This document shows positions 1 to 12,140 of a DNA stretch of 64,000 nucleotides, piece by piece; within the stretch, counting starts at the first letter, position 1; each line of letters begins with the position of its first letter. The notes under the pieces were generated by a model, which did no database searches, was not told the origin of the DNA, and worked only from the letters and a program-made list of their open reading frames with translations. The position numbers were made by a program, and so were the translations under genes. The stretch is from the NCBI RefSeq assembly GCF_006345805.1, contig NC_043008.1, positions 56,792,001 to 56,856,000 on the forward strand, written 5' to 3'. The DNA is from Octopus sinensis. Lineage: Eukaryota.

Positions 1-201
1 CACAAGGTCCGAAATTTGGGGAGGAGGCGGACCATTCGATTAGACCGAACCCAGTACGTAACTGGTACTTAGTTTATCGACCCATGAAAGGATGAAAGGC
101 AAAGACGACCTCGGCGGTTTTGAACTCAGGACGCAAAGACAGACGAAACCCTGCTAAGTATTTCCCTCGACGTGCTAACGTTTCTGCCAGCCCACCGCCT
201 T
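1..201 (-). mobile_element. tRNA-derived SINE family A (short 3' body), cut by the window edge
   Basis: Reverse complement has the head AAGGCGGTGGGCTGGCAGAAACG (A-box-like), GAGTTCAAA (B-box-like) and the central GCCTTTCATCCTTTC.GGGTCGATAAA.TAAGTACCAG motif, which resembles the Deu/Nin SINE domain. Confidence 0.85.
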
Positions 202-217
202 CGTTTTTATATCGATA

Positions 218-393
218 TATTCTTTTTTACTCTAGGCACAAGGCCCGAAATTTTGGGGGTAGAGGAAAACAGTCGATTAGAACAAACCCAGTACGTAAGT
301 GGTCCTTAATTCATCGACCACGAAAGGTTGAAAGGTTGAAAGTCGACCTCGGTGGAATTTGAACTCAGAATGTAAAGGCAGAGGAAATGCCGC
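218..393 (-). mobile_element. SINE family A, 5'-truncated, tandem to the previous copy
   Basis: Same central motif and the ...ggccttgtgcctagagtaaaaaaga 3' end. Confidence 0.8.
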
Positions 394-1342
394 GTCTTTT
401 CCTGAATTATAAGCAGGCTTTGCTGTCCTTTGAGGCATAATGTCTTGAATGCATAGACAAGCATAAACCGCCGTTGAATGTTCTCAAATACACACGTGTG
501 GGTATTTTCCATGAATCTGTAATGTTTGAGCGTTTGATCTTTTCTCTCGGAAAGGAAATTATCGTTGTGCTGAAATGATATTGATTAAATGATTATTATT
601 CTGTTTACATTTGTCTAATATTTACCTGGAAAAAAAAGGTCGTGTAGAAAATGACCGAGAAGCAATGATGAGTTGTAAAAACAGGTTATTATTTACAGTA
701 AACCTGATTATGTGATGGAAATCTCCTTTACACAAAATAGATTGCTGTAAATTGTCGGCATTTGCAATTGTAATAATATGCAATAATATGCATATGCATG
801 TCTCTCTAATCGTTTCGGATTTCTTTTGAAATATTTATGTATGCTCATGAAATGCTGATATGGAATTACTCGTCACGGAGCAGCATTTGTTGACTTCGGT
901 TACCATTATGTCATTATGCAAGACTGAAAGCTGATAGCCCCGTACCGTAGCGCGTAATTATAATACACATGTAATCGCAATTATCACTTAAGCAAACATT
1001 GAAGTGCATACGTCATGCTGCTATTTCCATTTAATCAGAGCAATATGCTGTCCTATCCTTAAATATTATGTATGGTGTGTGTACATGCGTTTATCGTCTA
1101 TGTCCATCTTGTTATTTAATGTTCTACGCTTCTCGTTTTATTTACACGCATACCAATGGTTTCATATATGTGTGAGTTTGTGCGTGTGTACCCGTGAGTA
1201 AAATATATATTTGTGCAAAACTAAGATTGGCGCTAGAACGTCACAGAACAACTCACAAAAGAATAAGTCGTATAAACTTCGATAGCATTCCGTCTTCTTT
1301 TCCTAGAAAAACTTCAAACAATTTATATGCCAGTATACAAAC

Positions 1343-1408
<66 letters not shown>

Positions 1409-1503
1409 TAATATATATATATACATGTATGTGTGTATGTATTATGCGTTAAATTAAGTAACGTTGACGAGTGAATATTATGTAATAATTAAAGCTTTAA
1501 TCT

Positions 1504-1714
1504 TATAAGCATTCACCGTGTATTGGGTATGGAAAATAGTCTAATATTGGAGTATAATTAGCCCTCGACGGCAAAAGTTGGTGTTAGTACGTGTGAGGAA
1601 ATAATGGGTGCGGGTTCAGTTCCTGTGCATTCTAATACCCTTTCTTTTTCTCGAGGGCTTATTTGGTCCAATATTAGACAATTTTCTATAACCAGTGCAC
1701 GGTGAACGCTTATA
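1504..1714. mobile_element. MITE-like element with about 65-bp terminal inverted repeats and TA ends
   Basis: The left arm 1504-1568 (tataagcattcaccgtgtattgggtatggaaaatagtctaatattggagtataattagccctcga) matches the reverse complement of 1651-1714 (tataagcgttcaccgtgcactggttatagaaaattgtctaatattggaccaaataagccctcga). Confidence 0.75.
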
Positions 1715-2129
1715 CGCTTACGCACATACATACACACGTACACGCGCACACACACATACCTCATACATATATATCTTATATTAAACTTTTTAATACTTTT
1801 TGATAGTTATATACATTAAAAAAAAAATTAAATAAAAAAATTTTAAAATTTTAAAATTTATTAATTTAAAATTTAAAAAATATAAAATTTATAAATATAA
1901 ATTAAAAATTTTAAATTTAAATAATTCAAATTTTAAATTTTATATTTTATATTTTTTGTATATTATATTAATTATGTTTATTTTTATGTTTTGGTTTATG
2001 TTTTTCATTGTTTGATTTGCCTAATAGTGGTTTTATCTCTAATTTAATTTATATATATATATTATATATATACACATTCGTACATACATACATGTATATG
2101 CACACAGAAACACAAATACACACACACAT

Positions 2130-2340
2130 ATTGTTTAGTCCCACTGCGTAGCACTTTGGACTAATCTTCCAATATAGCCTTAATTCTTTGTGATTAAATA
2201 TGGAAGACAGATAATGGGTGGAAGTTCATTTGTAAATATATATGCATGCGCGCGCATGTGTATGCAAGCGTGTGTCTTTGTTTATGCTTGAGCCTTTACA
2301 CCATCATTTGATTACCAGTGTTGGCTGTGGTTCAATAATG
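2130..2340 (+). mobile_element. Decayed SINE family B fragment (its tail also appears at about 2560-2630)
   Basis: ttcagtcccactgcgt-like and ggtgctccagcatggccacagtcatatgactgaaac motifs shared with the intact family B copies. Confidence 0.55.
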
Positions 2341-2394
2341 TAAATTAAGAAAGGATACCTGAGTTACAGGTGAACAATTTTATTTCTGTCATTT

Positions 2395-2840
2395 CAGTTT
2401 AAGGATCGATGAAATAAATCACTCTCAGAAGTTGATGAATGGCATAGTCCACCTCGGTGGTTTTTAATCTCAGAACATAAAACCATAAGAAATAGCATTA
2501 AGCATTTTGCCCTGCGTTCTAACGAGTCTAGCATCTCGACACTTTTTCTAAATTTCATAAAGTTTTCTACTGGTGGTGCTCCAGCATGGCCACAGTCATA
2601 TGACTGAAACAAATAAAAGAATAAAAGAAAAAAACTTGATGTACAAAGACTGAAATTTGTTGGGAAGTGTAGGTTGAGTAAATGGACCCCAGTATTTTAC
2701 TGGTACTTATTTTATCAACTCCGAAATGATGAAAGACTCAGCCTAACACTGCTAAACTTGAAATCATAAGGTAAAGACGGAATAAAATACTCTAAGCGTA
2801 TTGTCTGGCATAGTAACGCTTCTACATGCTCACCACTTTA
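2395..2840 (-). mobile_element. Two decayed SINE family A copies (about 2395-2535 and 2630-2840)
   Basis: Degenerate tactggtacttattttatc...ctcagaac...taagc motifs. Confidence 0.6.
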
Positions 2841-2862
2841 TTGTAGTTAACAATAGTTTCAT

Positions 2863-3200
2863 GTGAAGGCGCATGGATCAGTGGTTCGAACGTCGAGCTT
2901 ACGAACGGGAGGTTGTGAGCTCGAATCCCGGACCGGGCTGCGTGTTGTGTTCTTGAGCAAGACACTTTATTTCACTTTGGCTCCAGTTCACTCAGCTGTA
3001 GAAATGAGTTGCAACGTCACAGGTGACAAGCTCTATCGGTCTTTGTCTTTCCCTTGGATAAAATTGGTGGCGTGGAGAGGGGAGGCCGGTATGCATGGGC
3101 GACTGCTGGTCTTCTATAAACAACCGTGCCCGGACATTTGCGTGGGAAGGTAACTTTCTAGGTGCAATCCCATGGTCAGTGTCGTGACCGAAGGGGGTCT
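2863..3200 (+). mobile_element. tRNA-derived SINE family D (CORE/V-like central domain)
   Basis: Head ggcgcatggatcagtggtt...gctcgaatcccgg with A/B boxes, followed by gttgtgttcttgagcaagacactttatttcac...cactcagctgtagaaatgagt. Confidence 0.75.
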
Positions 3201-3214
3201 CAAGATAGTTTCAT

Positions 3215-3818
3215 ATTTTTGGCATAGGCGAGCAATTTCGGTGAAGGGGTAAGTCTATTACATTAACCCAGTGCTCGACTGGTACTTACTGTACTTATTT
3301 TATCAATCCCTGAAGGATGAAGAGCAAAGTCGACTTCGATGGTATTTCAACTCAGAACATAAGGACGGACGGCACGCAAATTAGCGGCATGCTAATGTTT
3401 CTTATTTCTTTATTGCCCACAAGGAGCTAAACATAGTGGGGACAAACAAGGACAAACAAACAGATTAAGTCGATTATATCGACCCCAGTGCGTAACTGGT
3501 ACTTATTTAATCGACCCCGAAAGGATGAAAGGCAAAGTCGACCTCGGCGGAATTTGAACTCAGAACGTAGCGGCAGACGAAATACCTATTTCTTTACTGC
3601 CCACAAGGGGCTACACACAGAGAGGACAAACAAGGATATACAAACGGATTAAGTCGATTACATCGACCCCAGTGCATAACTGATACTTATTTAATCGACC
3701 CCGAAAGGATGAAAGGCAATGTCGACCTCGGCGGAATTTGAACTCAGAACGTAGTGAAAGACGAAATACTGCTAAGCATTTCGCCCAGTGTGCCAACGTT
3801 TCTGCCAGATCACCGCAC
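3215..3818 (-). mobile_element. SINE family A trimer (head+long body / headless long body / short body)
   Basis: Three successive units. The first two are joined at aaagaaataggt|atttcgtctgccg (minus-strand reading). Confidence 0.85.
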
Positions 3819-4257
3819 TATTTTTATTGTAATTCACAACGAAGTCAATAAAATGACATTCATTCACCGCTTCATTCAAAACTTTTTACATAATTTTATC
3901 TACAATGGAAAATGTTTGTTGAATAGAATTGTTATGCAACTGTAAATAAATCACATTACACGCGAAAGCAAGGTTTCATAGTCATAAATCCATTAAAATT
4001 TAAAGAATAATTCAAAGATATTTGATACGTTTGACACCGACAGCTGTTAGAACATGAGATACTAGCTACTGACATCTTAACACGTCAACACCTCATAAAT
4101 ACAGAAACTTGAATACATACAGCAAAAGTCTAGTTTAAAATGGGGAGACGTGCAATTATTAAAATCTATCCGCAACTGCGTATTGAAATCACTGTAAAAA
4201 GATTGAATAAATTTGATGCTAAACATTTTGTTATTTAGAATAACCACAATAATAGAG

Positions 4258-4545
4258 GCTATCAAATGCTGTTACACATCGCTGGTCACAATGCGCTTCG
4301 CATTGTTTTAGCCTTCAAATGACGCCACCCCGCTGGCTAAGCGAGCAGGCCAACAGAAGAAAGAGTGAGAGAAAGTTGTGGCGAAAGAGTATAGCAGGGA
4401 TCGCCACCCCTCCTGCCGGAGCCTCATGGAGCTTTAGGTGTTTTCGCCCAATAAACACTCACAACGCCCGGTCTGGGAATCGAAACCGCGATCCTACGAC
4501 CGCGAGTCCGCTGCCCTAACCACTGGGCCATTGTGCCTCTCCACA
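4258..4545 (-). mobile_element. tRNA-derived SINE family C
   Basis: The reverse complement begins ggcacaatggcccagtggttagggcagcggactcgcggtcgtaggatcgcggtttcgattcccagaccgg (A/B boxes) and has the same body as 5538-6061. Confidence 0.8.
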
Positions 4546-4548
4546 CAC

Positions 4549-4602
<54 letters not shown>

Positions 4603-5372
4603 ATATGTATGCATTTGTCAGTGTACGTGTGTTTATTATCCCAAAAGTTAGCCTGTCTATTGTAAGTTTCACTTCAGCATAGTGTGACAATCTAAGTAGA
4701 CAATCAACATTTGATATGACAAGTATATCTATGTACTATGTATGTGTGTGTATGAGTATGCATGTATTATTTATCTATCTCTCTATATATGTATTTATCT
4801 ATCTCTCTAGATAGATAGAGAGAGAGGGGGAGTTACATACAGTCATGTAGTACATACACTACGTTAAGCGATCACACATAATCGGAAAGTTATTCAAGTC
4901 CGGATGCAGAATATATTGCCAGTTAATCATTTATTGCAGCTACCTCCTTTAGCAGGTATCCAACTAATTTTGCAGTCATGCCTCTCACAACATTTGTGGA
5001 AGAACTCATTGCATCTTTTGTGGCAGTGAAATCTTAATTTTCTACTTTAACTGCAATTATTATGAAGGTCATCCACACGAATGCATTGATCCCTAGCTTT
5101 TGGTATTCTATTACTATGCTGGTTTAAGCAAGAATCAATAACAAGACATTAGGGTCTCCTCTTGTACGATGTCTGGTCTTTCGGTCAGCGATATAATATT
5201 CTGGTTAACAGGCAGTGTCACGCAGAAATGAAAAATGCAATATTCCTGTTCTGCTCGGAAGGAATTCAAGATATATCGATCAAAATATCTGACGACGTTT
5301 AGATCGATATGTCGATTAAATAACTGGTCAACACGTTAGTGATGTAAACACGTGTATTTCATATATATAATT

Positions 5373-6774
5373 CAGGGTGTTGTGGATATATTCTCGTGTA
5401 CATTACACAAAAATGGAAATAACACTGACATCTCATTTTAACAGTTATATTTACCAAAATTACATTAAAAAATGTCTTGCAATACTAAAGAGTAAATCTA
5501 TTCAATAAAATTGCCATTGGCTTCAACCACAACCTCCGTGGAGCCGCAATGGCCCAGTGTTTAAGGCAGCGGACTCGCGGACGTAAGAACGCGGTTTCGA
5601 TTCCCAGACCGGGCATTGCGAGTGTTTATTGAGCAAAAACACCTAAGCTCCACGAAGCTTCGACAGGGTAGTTGGCTGGGTGAACCCCGTTGTACTCTTT
5701 CACCACAACTTTCTCTCACTCTTTCTTCCTACTTCTGCCACAAAGCAGAGGAACCATGGTGTAACCCACTATGATGTGGTAAACTTTCAGACCCTAGTCT
5801 AGATTGCGAAGCCTCTGTGCCCCAGGATGGTTCAGCACTCCACCCGTTAAAAGCCACCGTTTACGGAAGGAGGATAACAGAGTAGCTTTCGCGCCCGTGC
5901 AACCGCCAGTCTATCGCGTGTGGTGGGTGGATCTTCAAGTTGCCACATGCATTCTTAGTAGCTTAGAGTAGGCTCGAATTAGAGATTATTCTTTGTGGCT
6001 AATGACGTGAGTGCTGATTGGAAGAAGAAGAAGAAGAAGAAGAAGAAGAAGAAGAAGAGATCACAACCTCCTGACGACTTCGGAATCTTATGCAACTCTT
6101 CTACACGGTCCTCCTGTTTAATTTAGTGAATGCTACCATAATCCTTGCCTTCAGTTCATTTTTGGTGTTACAAGGAGTTTTGTTGGTTTCTTGCTCAACT
6201 GCGTCCCATACAAGATAATCAAGGTGGTTGCAGTCTGGGTAGTTAGCTGGCCAGATGCTATGGATGATGTGGTCGTAGAAATTGTCTGACAGCCATGACT
6301 GGGTTATCTTGCGTGTGTGGCATGGTACCGCGTCTTGCTGCTAGACATAGAGTCTTCCAGCAGCCACCCTCTTGACCCAGGGCAGCACTACCTCTCTAGC
6401 ACTTGATGTTGGACTCCGTGTTGAGAATGAGGCCGTATGGGAAGAGGAATGGAAGTATAACGTCGCCATCACTAATGATCACTCCAAACATTATGATGTT
6501 GACTGTATGTTTGATTTTTATTACTCTCAGTACATGTCCTCAGATTGCACTGTCTTCAGATTGACACCAAAACACTCTGAAATATTTGTACTGGAGTTTC
6601 CGTCGCGAATGCCAAGCAGTACAGTATGTCATTTCCAAGTTTCTGGCTGAGTGAATTGAGTCAGACAGTGTCCAACAGACCCTCCTATACTGTATAGTCG
6701 ACAAAATCAAAAAGAAGCAATACAGTTGCGCGAAATAAGAAACATGAAACCGACAATTTACATATTGAACCCTG
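5373..6774 (-). mobile_element. Defective maT/DD37D-type (Tc1/mariner superfamily) transposon, interrupted by a SINE
   Basis: Degenerate translation: ...VNIIMFGVI.SDGDV...QQDAVPCHT...WPANYPDCNHLDYLVWDAVE...RFRSRQEVV|VEANGNFIE*. The ends are cagggt (5373) and accctg-TA (6774). Stops and frameshifts are present. Confidence 0.8.
5538..6061 (+). mobile_element. Full-length SINE family C with (GAA)n tail and 10-bp TSD
   Basis: tRNA-like head gtggagccgcaatggcccagtg, 3' (gaa)n tail, and TSD cacaacctcc at 5528-5537 and 6062-6071. Confidence 0.85.
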
Positions 6775-7725
6775 TATGTACATATATATTTATATATACT
6801 TCTCCACGGAAATAATAAGAGTTAATCCGACTAATATCTCCACGGAAATAAGAGTTAATCCGACTAATTTTTTTTTCTTGAATGATGTGCGAAAAACACA
6901 TTAAAAGAATTATTTACCTTATTTACGCAGGTTAAAAATCAGGTATTGTACCGGTACAATTATGTAAAGCACGTTATGTACTGATGTGAACTGCAAAAGA
7001 AATGTCTAAGGTGAAGATTAGACTTTCACCGAGTTTCGATATTTTTTTTTTTTTTTACTGCATTTCTATTCCGTAAATACCTTTGGAAATGACTTCAATT
7101 ACAGACAATCGAGATTTTAGACATGAACGAAACGAGAAAAAAAATACCTACTTTATAGATTTGTGTACTGCTTGTTTATTTGACTATTTATTTTGATTGC
7201 TGTTCGCAGGTGATTTTAGCAAAGACTTGACAAACGATTAGTCTTTAGCAAAGCAAATTGTTACATACAGCAAACTAAATAACATGATTGTATCACAAAG
7301 TAATTACTCATTACATAGTCAGACTTGATCTTTCGATTCAGTTGTATAACAGACAAATTAAACAATTCACACATAAAAAGAAAAGCCTGTACGAAACGAA
7401 AATGTTGTAATTATTAGACTAATTCACATAAGATTCCTGTACTAGAAACCTCTACACACTAATCAAAATGTATTTAGCTGTATTGTTCTCAGAGAGGTCT
7501 TCTCTAATAAACAGCATACTTATCTCTCAATCAACAGCTGCAATGTTTCGAGCGGTTTGACGGAAATGAAACATCTTCATATTACTTTCATAACACCAGC
7601 TAAGCTGTTTTCAAAAGAAAATTATGCGGAATTGTTTAAAAAAAATAGACAACCTTTTTTTCTAATAATTCTATCTTCTAATTTTATTATCTTTCTTGTA
7701 TTTTATATTTTGATAGATTGAGTCA

Positions 7726-7790
7726 TGGAAGCTCAATTTCTCTCCCACGATGGTGATATGGAGGTTTTTGAAATCCAATTAGTGTCCTTC
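7726..7790 (+). mobile_element. Short RTE-like reverse transcriptase fragment
   Basis: atggaagctcaatttctctcccacgatggtgat...atccaattagtgtccttca is homologous to the minus-strand fragment at about 8795-8860. Confidence 0.5.
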
Positions 7791-7884
7791 ATAATATTTC
7801 TGCTTGAATGTATCGGCTATCATCTCATGTTGATATGAGGTCACACATATTTTAAATATGTCTATCTATCTATCTATCTATCTA

Positions 7885-8017
7885 TCAAGGCTGTATATTA
7901 AGAAGCTTGCTTCCCATCCACATGGCTTCGGGTCTTCCTTGAAGTGTTTTCTACCATAGCCTCGGGCCGACCAAAGCCTTGTGAATGGATTTGGTAGACG
8001 GAAATTGAAAGAAGCCT

Positions 8018-8059
<42 letters not shown>

Positions 8060-8475
8060 TAGGGAGAGATTACGAAAGAAACAAAAGACGAAGACAGATG
8101 GTGTACAAAACAAACAGATCTATTAGTATAACGCTCAAGAATAGAAAAAAGTCTTTTTCGTTTCGAGCCTACGCTCTTCTACAGAAAAAAACAAAGAGAG
8201 AAACAAGGAGAGAGAAAATGTGTATAGTGGCTAACGATATATATATGTAAATATGTGTGTGTGTGTGGCTGTGTCTGAGTTTATCCCACACTACCTCTTG
8301 TCGATAGATACTCATGTGTTTACATCCCAGTAACTTAGCGGTTCGGCCAAAGTGCCGAAAGAATAAGTAGAAGGCTTTAAAAAGTATAAGTACTTGGGTC
8401 GATTCATTCAGCTAAAATTGATTCTAGGCAGTTCGCTAGCATGACTGCAGTCTAATCACTGCAACAAGTAAAAGA
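7885..8475 (+). mobile_element. SINE family B, split at its internal microsatellite by another element
   Basis: The 5' half (ggctgtatattaagaagcttgct...gaaagaagcc) ends at about 8027. The 3' half (cttagcggttcggccaaag...gactgcagtc) starts at about 8265. Confidence 0.75.
8062..8245 (-). mobile_element. Non-autonomous, probably Penelope-derived repeat carrying a hammerhead-like motif
   Basis: Homologous to 60110-60270 (+) and 61545-61682 (-). Flanked by microsatellite. Contains ctgtagaagagcgtaggctcgaaacg. Confidence 0.6.
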
Positions 8476-8499
8476 TACGGTCTCATATTTCTGACAGTC

Positions 8500-8960
8500 T
8501 CTCCACAATTCACGAGTTTCCATTGCTCTACACAAGTTCCTCTTGCTCACGTTTGTATCGTCTGAGAATTAATCGAGGAAGTTTTGAGGAGCAGGACTTC
8601 TTCTGTTGTGTCTTCCGCGAGTTGTTTCTCTCAACAGTAGCTAAAAAGAGCTGTATTTTCATCAAAATCTGTACCACACATGACAGGTGACAGGTTTCGC
8701 TAACACCTCCTTTGTGTCGACGTAAAACGGAGATTTTGTTCAATAGCATGCATACACCAGAGTGATTATGAAAATATATGTCAATGCGCAATCCTGAAGG
8801 ACTCCTAATTGGATATCAGAACCGTCAGTATCACCATCAGGAGAGAGAAACTGAGCTTCCATATTTATGTAGAGTATATTTACAGCAGAAACTATGGCAT
8901 CGGTTATTCCATACGCAACGACTATTCGCATATGCTTTCTTCTATGCATGGAGTAAAAAA
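8500..8960 (-). mobile_element. RTE-clade LINE reverse transcriptase fragment (decayed)
   Basis: MHRRKHMRIVVAYGITDAIVSAVNILYINMEAQFLSPDGDTDGSDIQLGVLQDCALTYIFII resembles the RTE RT block (ILKAYGIP...LSPDGDT...GVLQGDTLAPYLFII). It is followed by TDFDENTALFS, a degenerate DFADDIALL motif. Confidence 0.7.
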
Positions 8961-9018
8961 TGACTTCTGTATGAGTCTCTTTATCTTTCTGTATACATAT
9001 ATAAATATAATATATATA

Positions 9019-9061
<43 letters not shown>

Positions 9062-9079
9062 ATATGTATATACATATAT

Positions 9080-9360
9080 ATGCAATTTAAAAATAGGATA
9101 AAATCTTTATCAGAAATTATCAAGTAATTAGCAGGAAAAACCGTATAAGGGAAACAATTATTAATTATTCCCTTTTGCCTCACGCTAGGATGGACTCTTA
9201 AAATCAAAACTAACATAATAAACATATTGTACCGAACGCGAGGGAATGCCACTCTCGCAGCGGGCCTTCTAAAACCAGATTCAGCAGCAGATCATATGAT
9301 TTCATATTCAGTGGACAAAATGCACTTTTAAATCAAAACGTTTATTATGGTATTTCTGAC
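9080..9360. repeat. Unclassified interspersed repeat (second copy at about 21620-21920)
   Basis: Shared aaaatag.ataaaatctttat.aga.tt.atcaagta.ttagca.gaaaaacc and gaatgc.actctcg motifs. Confidence 0.6.
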
Positions 9361-9382
9361 TTTATAGTAATACCCTTATATA

Positions 9383-9434
<52 letters not shown>

Positions 9435-9833
9435 CAAACGAAGGTAAAATGATTCCTTCAAAGGGGTGTAAAACATCCAATTCACTGGTACGGTAGTTGA
9501 ATCCCACAGAAATAGAAGTATAAATACAAATTACAAACAATAAACTAAATAGAGAAATATAATTGACAATCTAACAATTTATTACATTATGATATACTGA
9601 TATAATATGCTGTAAAATATAATATAATGTAACAAATTAAAAAAAACAAAAATTTCATTGATAAGCAAGTCATATCTTTGTATACAATTTCTTCAGGGCC
9701 TTGGTTCAGAAATGCTGGCGAAATTCCATGTAAAAGAATTGCCAGATTGCATAATACTGATTCAAAGACACACACATACACACGCGCACATGTTTTTTTA
9801 TGGTAAAATGCATTAGTTAAAAATTCAACTTAC

Positions 9834-9978
9834 CCCGTGCATTTGATTTCAATTTGAGATTGTCAACAATCTTATCGTAGGCTTCAGTCCCAGCCACACC
9901 AGAATCCTTAAGAAGTTTCTCTGTTCGGGCTATACATATTCCATTATCACGGAGATGTTTTTCAACTTCATTGAAGCC
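9834..9978 (-). CDS. Internal coding exon (145 nt, phase 0 to phase 1) of a metabotropic glutamate receptor-like class C GPCR, DmXR/mangetout-like, Venus-flytrap domain
   Basis: The minus strand reads ttcacggtttatatttttag|GGCTTC...GCACGGG|gtaagtt, with a pyrimidine-rich AG acceptor and a consensus donor. The stop-free translation is GFNEVEKHLRDNGICIARTEKLLKDSGVAGTEAYDKIVDNLKLKSNAR(G). It fits the mGluR CIAxxEK...K.NARG segment and carries KDSGVA..AYD.IV, which I recall from Drosophila DmXR (ICIAIKEKLVKDSGVAEDIAYDNIVQKLLTKPRARG). It is absent from the supplied ORF track. Confidence 0.85.
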
Positions 9979-10205
9979 CTAAAAATATAAACCGTGAAGA
10001 ACAGAATATAGATATATATTATAATTACATCATAAGTACTCTGTTAATCGAAAAATAAAACGGAGAGATGCTGAATACAAACAGTAAATCTAGAAAACTG
10101 TAGCGATTATGAGAAGGTGCATTCTTTGCAGGTTATAAACGCAGGGAAAGAAAAGAACGCGGATGACGGCGTTATATTTATTACTCAGTCCCGGTTATTT
10201 CAATA

Positions 10206-10740
10206 ACTAGCAGTATAGCCCGGCGTTGCTCGGGTTTGTTTGTTTTCTTTTCGACCCTTTAGAATTGTAATTTTTGAAAAGTAAAAATTCTTGCATTATG
10301 TAGCTTGTTATTCTCTTTAAGTGAGCATTTTTCTGGTTGAATTACATCGAAAAATGGCGATACAGCAATCAAAAAATCGTAAAAGATAGGGATTTTCATA
10401 GAAAAAAAAAGCACCTTTTTGAAGTAAATAATTTTTGATGTTAACATGGACCGATTTGAATGTTGTCTTCTACGGAAGGAAGAGCAAGCCTTCATCTATC
10501 ATACTCTCAATTTTGGTCAACTTGCGCAGCAGGGTCTCGGAGGCTACCAAACCTGCCACACACTCACACAGACAACTTCAGCTCTATGATGGCCCGCATG
10601 GGTAATAAAAAAACAGATCCCAAAATCTCATGGGTTTGTGCCAGTCACGAGGCCAAACATCTTGAGATGTCTTGTTCACGGTCAAACAAACAAATACGAC
10701 TGAGAACAATACTACCGCCCTCGCTAAGACGGAAGTAATA
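10206..10740 (+). mobile_element. Probable non-autonomous Helitron/Helentron-like element
   Basis: Starts actagcagtatagcccggcgttgctcggg (ACTAG plus a short cccg...cggg stem), as in DINE-1/HINE-like elements. Contains an internal caaacaaac tract. Confidence 0.45.
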
Positions 10741-11116
10741 AAAGAGAAAGAGGACAGAGTTATTTTATATTTTATACTGCGATATTATTTTAGAATGTAA
10801 TTCAGAGAAAAGTTATAACACATATTATTTATCATTTCAATGGACTATATATACTTTCCATTGTTCAAAGAAAAAGTATTAAGTATATAATAAATTATAG
10901 TGCACTTACTTGTGAGAGGAATTTACGTTTTTATGTGAAAAAAATTGAAAAAATATGTAGTTTATAATTCGTTAGACATTCTAAAGTACAATTGTAATAA
11001 CTAGTAATCTCCATTTGTTCGTGTGGTTAATTTTTTCCCCTGAGGATTTTATTATGAGAAACAAATTACCATTTCATTTACTAGAGAAATATATTTATAA
11101 GATCTGTGGATAATAC

Positions 11117-11156
<40 letters not shown>

Positions 11157-11787
11157 GTGGAGTTTTACAGTGCATATATGTAGATAAGTTGAATGCTTCA
11201 ATAGTTGTTGATGTTGGTCTATAAGATTTTAGAAAATAAAAGATAAATGCTTGTAATAGCATTTTATTAAAAAAATGTGGGTTACATAGAAAAAATATAT
11301 ATACAGGGTTATTAAGTAAATTGCTGAAAACAAAAGAGTAATTATAATTGTCATGAGTGTATAAAATTGGAATATAGGAATATTCCATTTTAACAATGAA
11401 ATATTACAGATTATTCTATAAACTTTGGTATTAAAGTTTTTCAATGTTATAATTTAAAATGTGAGAGATCTATGGATTGAACTTACACTGATATTATGTT
11501 TTAATAAAGAAGCGTGCTAATATCATGAGTTTAAAATGTGGGTTATATGGGTATCATTATATGGAAAGTGGTGGATTATTGTATATGATGCGGAGGACTG
11601 ATATATAATTCATAATTCCAATGTTGGTATTAATTTTGATATGGAGGAAAAAGTATTGTAATTGACCAGAAGTAAATTATAACAGGCGCCCTGTGACTCA
11701 TATAGTATGCGCAGCCGAAACCCGTTTGGGTGTCCTGAGGGACGACCAGATATATATATATATATATATATTCTATATTATATATAT

Positions 11788-11832
<45 letters not shown>

Positions 11833-12039
11833 ATATATATATAATATATTATATATATAATATATATATATTATAACAACATGTTACATTACTCGGTAGT
11901 CAAGATAAAACTCTGAGTTTTCAGATGCCGAAGTGGAAATCCACAACACCATCTCTTCGGTTATCTGGCTATTTGAAAACGTTATGAATAATACCGTTAA
12001 ATAAGGGAAATTACTCTATTATAACTCTGCTTGCCTGCG

Positions 12040-12140
12040 NNNNNNNNNNNNNNNNNNNNNNNNNNNNNNNNNNNNNNNNNNNNNNNNNNNNNNNNNNNNN
12101 NNNNNNNNNNNNNNNNNNNNNNNNNNNNNNNNNNNNNNNT
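12040..12140. other. Assembly gap (run of 101 N)
   Basis: Direct observation; the true size is unknown. Confidence 0.99.

Noticed and set aside
2863-2940. Possible tRNA genes (also 4470-4545, 5538-5610, 63480-63560)
   Set aside because: The A/B boxes are followed by SINE bodies and no complete cloverleaf or acceptor stem forms; these are SINE heads.
11690-11750. Hammerhead-like fragment (ctgtga...ccgaaacccgtttgggt); also weak ones at about 16335, 25213, 57400 and 59345
   Set aside because: The core is incomplete or stems I/II are absent, so they cannot be supported.
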